Source: a virus. From it: DNA of 64,000 nucleotides. The position numbers and the translations under genes are program-made. The notes beneath the pieces were generated by a model. It was given only the letters and a program-made list of their open reading frames with translations, was not told where the DNA came from and made no database searches. Below are positions 42,783 through 52,590 of this stretch, piece after piece. The number at the start of each line of letters is the position of its first letter. Position 1 is the first letter of the stretch. The DNA lies in IMG/VR virus record IMGVR_UViG_3300047560_001345; one strand, given 5' to 3'.

Positions 42783-44161
42783 TAGACCCCCAGCACTCGG
42801 CCGGCAGCAGCATACCCTGCGCCTTCTCTGACCTGTTCTTCCTTACCGTGAGCCGCTTTGCGGACAGCCCGGAGAAGCTCATCCAACCGATCAGCGCCAA
42901 TCATCTGAGCAATATCACTAGGAACCAGATACTCACCGTCTGCTACGCGCACGTCCTCAAGCCCATCGATGTTAGCATCAATGTCATCAGACATCCCGTC
43001 GCCCTCACCTTCGATCAGGCCACCGTCAGCAAAGCTTGCGCCTTGGTGGATGGTGTTGATAACACTTGTCGGAGCTGCAGCTCCATAAGGTTGCGCGGAA
43101 CTGATTCTTGATTGAGGGTAAAACTGCTGGGGGTTGAAAGGCTGCGTATTGACATAACCGCCGTTGGCAAAACTAGCCAACCCACGGGCTTGGCTGTCGA
43201 TATAGTTTGAAAGGCCGCCAGCCTGCGTAACCTTGTCTGCCATCGGTCCCGGGATCGTGACACTCACCGGGAGCGGGCCCTGACCTTGGATAGTGATTGG
43301 ACCACCTGCAGCATAGCCACCCATATTGTTAAAACGGGCCGGGCCATAGGTCTGACGCGCCAAACGATCTGCTTCAAGCTGCTGAAGAAGGCTGTATCCT
43401 GCAGCCTGCTTTTCTTCTTGCTTTGCTATGTCTTGCTGTTCTTTGCCTGCTGTGATGGTGCTACCTAGCATACCCATGGTAAACAGAGGGCTCATATAGT
43501 CTTCCATCTTATGGAAGCCTTCGGATGACATCATCTTACTGGCAATGTCTCCGGCGGAATACTGTGCGCCACCAGAAGAATCGATCGACTTATCTATCGC
43601 TCGGCCTACACTTTCCGTAGGATCACGCAACTGCGCGGTCGGATCATAACCAAAACCAGTCTTAGGCGCTTGTGGTTGGAAACCGCTCTCAGAAGGCATC
43701 TTCATGTCAGTGACACTCATGCTCTTCTCAAACTTTGGTTGGTAGGGTTTACCCATCAGGTCTTCGCCAGCCATGCTGCCGAGGAAACCGGAACCTAATC
43801 CCTGCACTGCAGAACCGAGAGCCGCATTCTTGCCGCCCGCTGCAACCCCAACAGCCGTATTGATCGCCGCACCAGTCAGGGCAGGGACCGCTTTTTTAAC
43901 AAGATCACCCATTAACCCTTCAGGTGCAATCTCTGACAACATAGGCGTCATCATGGCGCCTGCGCCAAAACTTCCAATCCCACCAAGGATGCTGCCAGCG
44001 ATATTACCCCAACCGTATGCTTCAGAGATGCCGGTCTTTGGGTTAGTGGTCAAAGGGCCTAGCACCTTACTCAGTGCTGCGACTTCCGTAGGGTTGACGT
44101 GTAGCAACATAGAGTCGCCATTGCGTCCCAGAGCGGCTAATCCTTTGGCTGTGTGCTGCAT
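42782..44161 (-). CDS. Gly/Ala/Met-rich internal virion protein (459 aa)
   Basis: Shares the C-terminal module EDVRVADGEYLVPSDIAQMIGADRLDELL with the 279-aa neighbour. Confidence 0.4.
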   Translation of the reverse strand: MQHTAKGLAALGRNGDSMLLHVNPTEVAALSKVLGPLTTNPKTGISEAYGWGNIAGSILGGIGSFGAGAMMTPMLSEIAPEGLMGDLVKKAVPALTGAAINTAVGVAAGGKNAALGSAVQGLGSGFLGSMAGEDLMGKPYQPKFEKSMSVTDMKMPSESGFQPQAPKTGFGYDPTAQLRDPTESVGRAIDKSIDSSGGAQYSAGDIASKMMSSEGFHKMEDYMSPLFTMGMLGSTITAGKEQQDIAKQEEKQAAGYSLLQQLEADRLARQTYGPARFNNMGGYAAGGPITIQGQGPLPVSVTIPGPMADKVTQAGGLSNYIDSQARGLASFANGGYVNTQPFNPQQFYPQSRISSAQPYGAAAPTSVINTIHQGASFADGGLIEGEGDGMSDDIDANIDGLEDVRVADGEYLVPSDIAQMIGADRLDELLRAVRKAAHGKEEQVREGAGYAAAGRVLGV

Positions 44162-44169
44162 ATCAATAC

Positions 44170-44484
44170 CTACGGGATAATTTTGATAGTGCCGGAATCG
44201 TTCCAGAGCTGGCCTTTAACAAGACCCGTGGATGAAGTCGGAAGATTCTTGGCGATAATTGTAAGCGTTTCGGTCAGCTCTTGGGGGTTTACGGTGAACT
44301 GCGTATCTTCATCCCGATCTGTGACTGTCAGGTTGTCCGTCTTTACGGGGCCGGGATTCTGAATCTGCTTCAGAATAAACGTCAACACGCGAACGATCTG
44401 GTTCTGATACTGAACGTCGTATTCCAATGGCGGTAGGGGAAGTACCGCAAACGCTCCGGGTGAGATCTGATTAGGCTTGGCCAT
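44170..44484 (-). CDS. Hypothetical virion-module protein
   Basis: Track ORF. Confidence 0.35.
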   Translation of the reverse strand: MAKPNQISPGAFAVLPLPPLEYDVQYQNQIVRVLTFILKQIQNPGPVKTDNLTVTDRDEDTQFTVNPQELTETLTIIAKNLPTSSTGLVKGQLWNDSGTIKIIP

Positions 44485-44487
44485 AAA

Positions 44488-47115
44488 TCACCTACGTCCA
44501 TCAGGCTGGATCTGGAGTCGGGGAGAGCCCAACTGCCATTTAGTTCCCAAAGAGTCAGATTCAACTCGGAATACAAGCTGACGACCTCTGATCCTAATCC
44601 ATACTTCTTGTGTGTAATCATAGACCTGCGTCGAGACTTCGCTTCCTGTAATACCACTCGCGGTATTCTGCATGGTGCTCAACCCCGCTACGCCCTGCCC
44701 CGGATAGTTCCGCGCTTTGAGAGTCATAGTCGCTACAGGAGCGGTGTTAGATGAACCGATAAAGTCGATGTCAGGAATCAGGCGTTTTACGAACGAGAAT
44801 TGGTATCCACCATCGCCCAGATCAAAGTCAGCAGATTCAATGTACGCCGCGATTGGTTGCGTAGGATTCACTGATCCATCATCCGTGCCTACTTCATGTT
44901 CTACAACATACCCTGTTAGCTGCACCGCGCAGCCGGTACCTGCTGCACTTCCTGTGGCAATGAACGTATCACCCTGCGTAGCCGATGCCGCGCCCACGGA
45001 AACCCAATCGGTATTACCAACGTAAGAGATGATGTACGTATCGCCAGTAACAAGACTGCTTGAAGGTGTCTGTGCTGAAGCACCCAAAGGATTGCCGATA
45101 ATATGCGAGTCCAGCCACGCCGTGCGTGAGAGCTGGCCGTAGTACCAGAGTTTCTCAAGGTAGTTGTAGATCACATAGCGGTCATTGATCAGTGAATCCG
45201 CGGAAGGATACATCCACCAGACTTCGTTGTACTTTTCATTGGTGCCTGCGCAAACCTGATCCCACTGATCCGTATTGAGATCATCAAATACGTACTGGCG
45301 AAGTGCACAAGGCAGTGTGTCCACACGACCTGAATAAGCATAGAACTTATCCTGACCCATCCAGTAAGTCACACCTGTGGCTGTTGTGAAAGCATTCGGA
45401 GAAACAATCGTGATATCGACTGAGATTGGATTGAATCCATAAACGTAAGGGGCACCCAGATACTGCATGGAGTAGAGGGCTGTGTCGGTCCAGATCAGAA
45501 TTTCCTGTCGTGTTCTTTCCGCTGCAATGATCTTGGAACCGTAGGTCAGGCGGTATGAGCCTGCCGTGTTCGTTACTGTGGGGTACCACACTTGCGGGGC
45601 TTCTTGCGAGCACCACGCGACAAACATAGGATCTTGAACTACTTCGAGAGCTGTGCCTGTGCCCGTACCCGGACCATCGGCAACGAAGGTTACCCCTAGC
45701 GCATTGGAAGTCGCGCCAATCAAAGTAAAGTCCGTTGTGCCTATAAAGTTGATGATGTAGGTTGTTCCCGAAACAAAAGATCCCGCAGATACCGGCGCAA
45801 GCGCCGCAGACACCGCGTCATTGCAGCCTAAAGCCACAATATGTCGTTCATCTGTAGCCAGAACATAAGCCGCAACTGAAGGTGTAGCGGGGTCCCAAAC
45901 AGTACCTGTGCCTGTAGCCGCACCCGAGGTGAGATCCGCGATGAACCCCACGCCTACGGTGTTGCTGGTCGCACCAATCGACGTAAAGCTCGTCGTACCC
46001 ACAGAGGCAATCATGTAGTAATTGCCGTTGACAATTTGAGTCGCTGGAATCGAAGCTACTGTTTGATCAGTAATGTTTACGCCGGGGCCTGTTACCGAAC
46101 CGTACTGTGACAGATTAGTCGCCGCATCCCAATAGAAAATGGGGCCGTTGCGTAGGTTGAAATAAAGATCCTGCCCGTAGTTGCTGGCGCTCCAGAGACG
46201 CAGCACAGACTCAAAGCCACCTGTGTACGGGAAATTCCAAGGATGATTAAAGCCCCCCGCCGGATTACCGGGCCAAGGACCTGCACCCCATCCATGAAGG
46301 AACTGCGTAAATGCTGAACCTACATGAATCTGATACGCCGCAATGACTGCGCTACCACCACCATTCGCTGTGCTCGTAGCCTGAGTTCCTGTATCGACAA
46401 TGATGTAACTCGTATCCGCAGCAAAGATCTGAAACTCGGCGTTGATAGCCGTGGCTGCAATTCCGCCTACGGGACCCGTAGCGCCCGATAGAGTAACGAA
46501 ATCCCCCGGATATGCTCCGTTATTGGTATTACTTACCGCAATCATTGAGCTTGAAACCACGGCACCTGAAGAATGCGCCGCCTCCGTCGTGCTGAGATAG
46601 CCTCTCGTGCAAGGGTAAGAAGTCGTTCCGAGTGTATTAGCTCCGGTATCCACCGCAGGGACATAAATGTCTTCTGATCCGATACGAACGACAAAAGGCG
46701 CTAGGCGCGCCATATTATTTGCAGTTACAGAGGCTACCGGAATAACCGTGGTCGTGGCACTGATGCTGGAAGTCAGCGTCGAACGCATGGTATGAATGGG
46801 GTTCGCGCCAAGCGTGAATGTAGCGCGGATAGGCGTAATGTTATAGAAAACATTGCCTGTAAGAATGTAGTACTTTAAGTTGGTTCCTACACCCAGCAGA
46901 TAGTAGTCTGAAAGGGAAACCCATTCGGCAAAATGACGGCAAACGCCATCATAGGAACTTGCGCTATATTGAACCCAGCCGCCTAGTTTCTCGGGAAGCC
47001 CGGAACGAAATCTTACTTTATCGCAGGCATAGTAGCCCCCTTCACCGGCATAACTAGTTCCTTCTCTGTTGATCCCCGGACGTAAGTTCAATACTTGCAG
47101 GCGGTTTTCCGGCAT
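44488..47115 (-). CDS. Tail tubular protein B/nozzle candidate (T7 gp12-like, 875 aa)
   Basis: Size, position and N-terminal resemblance (QVLNLRPGINREG versus T7 gp12 QSIKNLKGGISQQ). Recalled from memory, not searched. Confidence 0.35.
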   Translation of the reverse strand: MPENRLQVLNLRPGINREGTSYAGEGGYYACDKVRFRSGLPEKLGGWVQYSASSYDGVCRHFAEWVSLSDYYLLGVGTNLKYYILTGNVFYNITPIRATFTLGANPIHTMRSTLTSSISATTTVIPVASVTANNMARLAPFVVRIGSEDIYVPAVDTGANTLGTTSYPCTRGYLSTTEAAHSSGAVVSSSMIAVSNTNNGAYPGDFVTLSGATGPVGGIAATAINAEFQIFAADTSYIIVDTGTQATSTANGGGSAVIAAYQIHVGSAFTQFLHGWGAGPWPGNPAGGFNHPWNFPYTGGFESVLRLWSASNYGQDLYFNLRNGPIFYWDAATNLSQYGSVTGPGVNITDQTVASIPATQIVNGNYYMIASVGTTSFTSIGATSNTVGVGFIADLTSGAATGTGTVWDPATPSVAAYVLATDERHIVALGCNDAVSAALAPVSAGSFVSGTTYIINFIGTTDFTLIGATSNALGVTFVADGPGTGTGTALEVVQDPMFVAWCSQEAPQVWYPTVTNTAGSYRLTYGSKIIAAERTRQEILIWTDTALYSMQYLGAPYVYGFNPISVDITIVSPNAFTTATGVTYWMGQDKFYAYSGRVDTLPCALRQYVFDDLNTDQWDQVCAGTNEKYNEVWWMYPSADSLINDRYVIYNYLEKLWYYGQLSRTAWLDSHIIGNPLGASAQTPSSSLVTGDTYIISYVGNTDWVSVGAASATQGDTFIATGSAAGTGCAVQLTGYVVEHEVGTDDGSVNPTQPIAAYIESADFDLGDGGYQFSFVKRLIPDIDFIGSSNTAPVATMTLKARNYPGQGVAGLSTMQNTASGITGSEVSTQVYDYTQEVWIRIRGRQLVFRVESDSLGTKWQLGSPRLQIQPDGRR

Positions 47116-47117
47116 GA

Positions 47118-47630
47118 CTAGTCTCTGGGTTTAGGTTGAAAAGGCCATAAACGCTTTTGCGCCTCTAACCTAGCCGCGTAGGCTTCTTCCGCGGTATCGA
47201 AATAACCTAAATTATATCTGCGACCGTTTGCACAAATACGGGATAAGAATTTATTAACAGTTTTGCTGAAGCAAACACCAGCGTAACCTACTGAATTATT
47301 CTTATACGTTTTTAAGTTTTGTCCGTTATCCACGCAATTATTAGGCGCTTCTCTGAGATTGTTAATTCTATTATCGCGCCTGTCGCCGTTAATATGATCT
47401 AGCTGACATGGGGGAAAGACACCATGTATGTAAAGCCAAGCTAAGCGGTGGGCCATGTGCAGCATATTCATTACCTTAATCTGAATGTAACCATCTTTTT
47501 GATGCACTCGACCCGCTGTGCTACCTGTTTTTACACTTCCCCTACAAACCTTCCACTTAAAAATCCCGGTCAGAGGATCGTAGTCCAGAAGTTCCTTTAG
47601 TTCAGCCTGCGTGATAGACTCTTTTCGCAT
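47118..47630 (-). CDS. HNH-AP2 homing endonuclease
   Basis: HRLAWLYIHGVFPPCQLDHINGDRRDNRINNLR plus AP2-like YAGVCFSKTVNKFLSRICANGRRYNLGYFDTAEEAYAARLEAQKRL. Confidence 0.8.
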   Translation of the reverse strand: MRKESITQAELKELLDYDPLTGIFKWKVCRGSVKTGSTAGRVHQKDGYIQIKVMNMLHMAHRLAWLYIHGVFPPCQLDHINGDRRDNRINNLREAPNNCVDNGQNLKTYKNNSVGYAGVCFSKTVNKFLSRICANGRRYNLGYFDTAEEAYAARLEAQKRLWPFQPKPRD

Positions 47631-47711
47631 TTTCGTGACTCTTTACTAGTCGCGTTGATGAAGCACCTCTGGGCAGCGCCAACTGCCCTCTGGTGCGATT
47701 TTACTCTGTTT

Positions 47712-48599
47712 TTACAGGATGACCCAATACTGCCCGTCAGGGATAGTAACCGTCGCACCTGAGTTGATTTCTATAGGGCCTACACTGGATGCGCTGAACC
47801 CCGGAGGGAGTTCGTAAGTCGTAGTGACAATCATCTGGTTCTGAACAAAAACCTGATCACCACCCGCACCTGTAGCACCGCCACCTACGGGACCCCAACC
47901 TCCGGCAATGTAGCCTTCAAACTGATTGTAATCCGAGTTGTAGCGGAACCAGCCATCAAGCGCCGTACCGGGGCGATCAGCTATGGTACCTGAAGGAATG
48001 GTAATAGCACCGAACTGAGAATCCTGAATAGGAAACTGCCACCAGTCCGCGCCATCGTAGCCTTCAAAGATTCCATCATCCGTGTTGTATCGGAAATAAC
48101 CATCTACCGCGGGAGAAGGACGCTGCGCCGTAGTGCCAGCGGGGGTAATGATAGCCCCCGTAGGACCTGTTTCATAAACTGCATTATTAGCTAGGGCGTT
48201 GTCGCCGTAGTAGAAGTTCGTGCCATCACACCAGACCAAGGTGCTCAAACCCGGCGGAATCGTTACCGTAGCGCCTGAACCTGTCGTAATGACGACATCG
48301 GAATCATCAAGGGTATTATTGGCAATGACGTAGATTTTGGTCACAGCAGGGGCTGTGATCGTGCAAGTCGTACCCGGAGAACCTCCGCAATTCAGCACCA
48401 TCATACGTGCTTCGTCTTGCACGTAGTTGTACACACTGAGTGTGTACGTAGCGCCCGTCAGGGTCAGGGTTGCCATACCCGAAATGGCTTGCTCGATGAG
48501 CGTACCAAGGTTGGTGTTAGCCGTGGTTCCCCAAGTGTTCGCCTGCTCGCCCGAGGCAATGAGCTGAATTCGGAGATTAGGAGAAGGTGTGGATGGCAT
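47712..48599 (-). CDS. Tail fibre protein
   Basis: Gly/Thr/Ala-rich beta-type composition; NxT repeats. Confidence 0.5.
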   Translation of the reverse strand: MPSTPSPNLRIQLIASGEQANTWGTTANTNLGTLIEQAISGMATLTLTGATYTLSVYNYVQDEARMMVLNCGGSPGTTCTITAPAVTKIYVIANNTLDDSDVVITTGSGATVTIPPGLSTLVWCDGTNFYYGDNALANNAVYETGPTGAIITPAGTTAQRPSPAVDGYFRYNTDDGIFEGYDGADWWQFPIQDSQFGAITIPSGTIADRPGTALDGWFRYNSDYNQFEGYIAGGWGPVGGGATGAGGDQVFVQNQMIVTTTYELPPGFSASSVGPIEINSGATVTIPDGQYWVIL

Positions 48600-48617
48600 G
48601 GGGGATACCTCGAAGGG

Positions 48618-48857
48618 TTACTTCTTTTCTTTGGTGACGACCAAAACAAGACCAGAAATAGCCACTCCCGCAGAAGTGATCTCTTTCCAAAGCTCAGGGT
48701 CTACATTAACCCCGACGCTGACCAGAATAACGGACAGCCCATACCACGTAGATGGCTCTCTCAAACGGTCAAAAATCCAAGATACTGCAGCCATGTTAAA
48801 TCCTCTTGAGCTGAAAGTGCATTCCATCGGGTTTGGTCCACAGCCCACCCCAATCAA
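48618..48857 (-). CDS. Putative holin (two TM)
   Basis: Two hydrophobic helices plus a KEKK tail, directly upstream of the endolysin. Confidence 0.35.
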   Translation of the reverse strand: MIGVGCGPNPMECTFSSRGFNMAAVSWIFDRLREPSTWYGLSVILVSVGVNVDPELWKEITSAGVAISGLVLVVTKEKK

Positions 48858-49218
48858 AACCAGCGTCTGTGAAGCATTGTACCAATTCTGGGCTCATCGT
48901 AGGTTTCTTTCCAAAACCATTCCACGCAGCATTGATGTCTATGGCAATACCCCAAGAATGCAGGGACATGCTCACGGCACCGCGTTTGTTCCGAATGTTG
49001 AAGCAGCCGTCCCAAGTCTTAACCTGATCCGCCAACCCACGCTCGTTGATATTCTTGAACGCCTGCGCCAACGGCTCGACCATGATCTTGTTACAGTAGA
49101 CCTTTTTCGGAATAGCACCATGCTCACAGCAGGTCGGAACATCCCAGACGGTCATAAACTTTGCTTCATTAGCCGCAGGATCACCCCATTTCAGAAAGGC
49201 TTGTCTTGATGTGATCAT
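48796..49218 (-). CDS. Endolysin, peptidase M15 (VanY/L-Ala-D-Glu peptidase-like)
   Basis: SMSLHSWGIAIDIN...PDGMHFQ is a zinc-binding H-x-D...H pattern. Start at the ATG forming an ATGA overlap with the tail-fibre stop. Confidence 0.65.
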   Translation of the reverse strand: MITSRQAFLKWGDPAANEAKFMTVWDVPTCCEHGAIPKKVYCNKIMVEPLAQAFKNINERGLADQVKTWDGCFNIRNKRGAVSMSLHSWGIAIDINAAWNGFGKKPTMSPELVQCFTDAGFDWGGLWTKPDGMHFQLKRI

Positions 49219-50114
49219 TGTTCGTCCTGTATGGGTGTCCAGTTTGGTGTCTGGGCATCGTTGATGTTGGTCCAATTGGGTGTCTGCGCATCGTTGATAT
49301 TGACCCAGTTAGCGAGCTGAGCATCGGGAATCTTAATCCAACCATGCACTTCGAGATGAGTCGCAAGAGTCATCACCTCGTTATCGGAGACCACGAAGTG
49401 GGCGGTAATGGTCTGCGCCGCGGTAGCGGTTAAGTTCTCGGTGATAGTCTGTGGGAACCCTGCGCTGGCAGTATACGCGTCGCTGACGCTTTGATTCTCG
49501 TCGATAGAGAAGAGGATAACCAACCCACCTACGGCGTCTTCAAGGCTTGTAAAGGCTTCGTCTACAGACCCTACAAACTGCGCCGTGATGACGGAGTTCT
49601 CTGTCAGATCAATGTTTTCCAGCACCGTCTCAGGATACTGCGCGGTGATTCCTATGACATCTTCAGAGAGAATGTTCTCCACAATACCGAAGTACAGCAC
49701 ATCCACATGCGCGCTGGTGTCTGCCAGCGTCATGTCTTCCGTAAGGGTATCGAGGAAGTTGGATTGTTCTGTACTGCTATCCGTGAGGATGATGTCTTCA
49801 GTCCGCGAAGCGGCGAACTGCGCAGCAATGGTTTCGCTTTCACTGGAAGTGAAAGGTTCTGTCAGAGACTGAAGGAACGCGCTGGCCTGCGTGCTCGAAT
49901 CATCAGAGGTGAAGTTCTCAGTCAGTGACTGAAGAAACGCAGAGGTCTGCGTGCTGGAATCCGCAAGGGTGATGTTTTCTGTTACGGACGCTGGGAACCC
50001 CGCGGACGCTGTATAAGCATCCGCTAGAGTGATATTTTCCGATTGCGACAGGATGAACGCATTTCCCGATTGACCTGCAAACGGTGCCGCCGAGATGGCA
50101 TACCTGCCGAACAT
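49215..50114 (-). CDS. Tail fibre protein with internal tandem peptide repeats
   Basis: About 15-aa repeats xTENxTLxDxSTQxSAFLQSL; C-terminal NINDAQTPNWT repeated three times. Confidence 0.5.
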   Translation of the reverse strand: MFGRYAISAAPFAGQSGNAFILSQSENITLADAYTASAGFPASVTENITLADSSTQTSAFLQSLTENFTSDDSSTQASAFLQSLTEPFTSSESETIAAQFAASRTEDIILTDSSTEQSNFLDTLTEDMTLADTSAHVDVLYFGIVENILSEDVIGITAQYPETVLENIDLTENSVITAQFVGSVDEAFTSLEDAVGGLVILFSIDENQSVSDAYTASAGFPQTITENLTATAAQTITAHFVVSDNEVMTLATHLEVHGWIKIPDAQLANWVNINDAQTPNWTNINDAQTPNWTPIQDEQ

Positions 50115-50119
50115 TTAGA

Positions 50120-50473
50120 TTAGCTGCCCCAGACAGGCTGAGGTTCAACAGGCCAAACGGGATTAGCAACCGGGTTCAGGATCAAACCCCGAAGAGTCGC
50201 ACGATAAGACTCAAAATCCGCCTTGTTGGTGAGGTTTACATCCGGCAGGACTGACCAGTCAGAAGCTGCAATCAGTGTCTTAGCCTGAGCGGTACACGCC
50301 GCGAGCTCGGCTTCCAGCATCAATTCATCAGCTCTGATATTTGCCGCATCGTGATCGTACTCAACGGGGTTGTTCTGAGCATCCCACGCATTGACCCAAT
50401 CGGTCATGTAAGTCACTTGGGGGTTGAGGGACATTACAGCCTGACCCCAGTACATAAGATTCGCTTGAGACAT
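50120..50473 (-). CDS. Hypothetical (possible fibre assembly/chaperone) protein
   Basis: Position only. Confidence 0.3.
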   Translation of the reverse strand: MSQANLMYWGQAVMSLNPQVTYMTDWVNAWDAQNNPVEYDHDAANIRADELMLEAELAACTAQAKTLIAASDWSVLPDVNLTNKADFESYRATLRGLILNPVANPVWPVEPQPVWGS

Positions 50474-50475
50474 TT

Positions 50476-51201
50476 TTAACCCTCGTAGATGATGTTGATG
50501 GTTCCAGCAGTGAAGTTACCAGTGGGTACCGTAATACGAATACGGTCAAGCGCCCCTGAAAGAGCTACTGATCCGCTACTGATAAGATTACCGTTGGCCG
50601 CCGTTGTCATATTCCCAGAAATAGCCCATTTGTTGGCTGAAACATCGGTCAATGCACAAACCATAAAGCCATTTGCTGCTGAATTAGCTGCGCCCAACAC
50701 ACCCGTTGATGAAACCACCAAAGAACTATTGCCTGAAGTGCTACTTTGCGTCCATCCGCCTGTGTACCCGCTAGTGACATAGCTACCTGATCCTAATTGA
50801 ATCACAGCTAAATCGGCTGATGTAGTTACTCCTGAACTTTGAACAGTAATCCTCTTCACCCAACTAGGAATTCCCGTAAACCCAACAGCCGTTCCCGAAG
50901 TCGTCGCTTGCGCCGTACCTTGGACGATCCTTTCCGCAGCGACACCACCTGACTGAAGAGCCGTAGTGGCGTTCAGAGTTCCCGCAAATGTAGAAGTACC
51001 CGTACCCGAAACGGTGAGGTTTCCAAGAAGAGTCGCGTTCCCAGCGTTGGTCACAGTGATTGCATCAGCAGTCGTAGCGCCGGAGTTGCCTACCCCAAGG
51101 CGAACAGTACCGTCCGGCGAAGCAGGCTGGTAGAGCGTGAAGTTATTTGTTGCCGTGGCCGACTGACCGATCTGGGCGTTGTTTGTCTTTAAAGTTGACA
51201 C
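50476..51201 (-). CDS. Tail fibre paralogue A (C-terminal ...TINIIYEG)
   Basis: Shares the N-terminal IVQGTAQ block and the C-terminus INIIYEG with 51205..51879. Confidence 0.5.
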   Translation of the reverse strand: MSTLKTNNAQIGQSATATNNFTLYQPASPDGTVRLGVGNSGATTADAITVTNAGNATLLGNLTVSGTGTSTFAGTLNATTALQSGGVAAERIVQGTAQATTSGTAVGFTGIPSWVKRITVQSSGVTTSADLAVIQLGSGSYVTSGYTGGWTQSSTSGNSSLVVSSTGVLGAANSAANGFMVCALTDVSANKWAISGNMTTAANGNLISSGSVALSGALDRIRITVPTGNFTAGTINIIYEG

Positions 51202-51204
51202 TTG

Positions 51205-51879
51205 TTAGCCCTCGTAGATGATGTTGATAGTGCCGCCGCCAGCAAACGTGTTTCCAGCCGAAAACCCAGCGTTTACTTGTATTCTATCCAGCGTTCCAGC
51301 AAGAGTAATTGATCCGGCTATGAAGCCCGAATAAGATGCTGGGTATTCGCAGGAGCCCGTTACAGCCCAAGTATTTGAGCTTGCCGACAACAACGTAAGA
51401 ATCAATACTGAGTATGTCGGTGAAGGAAAACCAGCGGTGTTTTGGTTATTTGAATAAAAAGTACCACCGCTATTGAAAAGAAAAGTACTAGATACGTACC
51501 CTGAAGTCGTATAGCTTCCAGACCCCAACTGGGTGATCGGGGTTGTACTTGTTGCAGTAGCATTGTTTACTATAAGCGTAATTCTTTTCGCCCAGCTAGG
51601 AACGCCAGTGAAACTTACAGCGGTTGCTCCAGCAGCGGGTGATTGAGCCGTACCTTGGACGATCTGCTCGTAGCCTGTAATGCTCGGCGTTCCCGTAATC
51701 GTCGGGCTCGTAATCGTCGGGCTGGTCAGCGTTTTGTTCGTCAGGGTCTGAGTCGTGGACAAGTCCACCAACGTGCTTGTCGTATTAGGAATCGTCGCGG
51801 TTGTATTCGACGCAGAGTCACCTGCTGAGAGCGTTACGCTACCCCCAGAAGGAAGGTTAAGTTTTAGGTTTCCGCTCAC
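51205..51879 (-). CDS. Tail fibre paralogue B (C-terminal ...TINIIYEG)
   Basis: See above. Confidence 0.5.
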   Translation of the reverse strand: MSGNLKLNLPSGGSVTLSAGDSASNTTATIPNTTSTLVDLSTTQTLTNKTLTSPTITSPTITGTPSITGYEQIVQGTAQSPAAGATAVSFTGVPSWAKRITLIVNNATATSTTPITQLGSGSYTTSGYVSSTFLFNSGGTFYSNNQNTAGFPSPTYSVLILTLLSASSNTWAVTGSCEYPASYSGFIAGSITLAGTLDRIQVNAGFSAGNTFAGGGTINIIYEG

Positions 51880-52064
51880 GGTGTTACCTCAATCCAAGAA
51901 GTCGTTGCTTCGTCCCAAGCGTAGTTTTTCCCATCCGTAGGATACAGCACGGGGGCTTCCCACAGGATAGTAATAGGGCTCAACACCCAGCTAGGGTACG
52001 GCTGCGGAGGCAGATTAAACCCCGGAGTCGTAATGCCTGAAGTACCGTTAATTGTAACTGCCAT
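51876..52064 (-). CDS. Small hypothetical protein
   Basis: Track ORF. Confidence 0.3.
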   Translation of the reverse strand: MAVTINGTSGITTPGFNLPPQPYPSWVLSPITILWEAPVLYPTDGKNYAWDEATTSWIEVTP

Positions 52065-52562
52065 TTAAACCACCACCCAAGTTGATCCGCTACTTACTGT
52101 TACCGTAATGCCTGAAGCCACGCTGACCGGGCCTGCTGAGACGGCGTTATTGCCTGATGCGATAGTATAACTCGCGGAGACCGTCTGCGAATTCACAAGC
52201 AATCCATTGCTTGCCACCATCTGCGGTGCAGTCGCATCATTCAGAGAGTCCTTATAGACAGACTGCGTTGCAGGATAATCGCACCAGACATTTGAGGGAT
52301 TACCCGCGAATGAAATCTTCGCCGTAGTCCCCGAAGAATTCGAGTACACCGTATCTCGCGTGAGCGTACCCGCTCCGACTGTACCCAGACCTACTTCCCA
52401 AACATTCGCAGTCTGGTCGAAGATCACGTAGTAGGTCGTGTTCCCATTGCCGATGGCTGATGAGAAAGTCTTGTACCCAACCGAAGCCCCTGCAAGCGTC
52501 AGCGTTCCCGTACCACTTGTCGTGGTCGTCTCCTGTATTCGGTCAGCTAATACGAGCCCCAT
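52065..52562 (-). CDS. Tail fibre/structural protein
   Basis: Gly/Thr/Ser-rich. Confidence 0.4.
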   Translation of the reverse strand: MGLVLADRIQETTTTSGTGTLTLAGASVGYKTFSSAIGNGNTTYYVIFDQTANVWEVGLGTVGAGTLTRDTVYSNSSGTTAKISFAGNPSNVWCDYPATQSVYKDSLNDATAPQMVASNGLLVNSQTVSASYTIASGNNAVSAGPVSVASGITVTVSSGSTWVVV

Positions 52563-52590
52563 GCTGTATACCTATTTAGCTAAAGCTAAA

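Noticed and set aside
48589-49209. 206-aa plus-strand ORF
   Set aside because: Antisense to the well-supported endolysin and holin genes.
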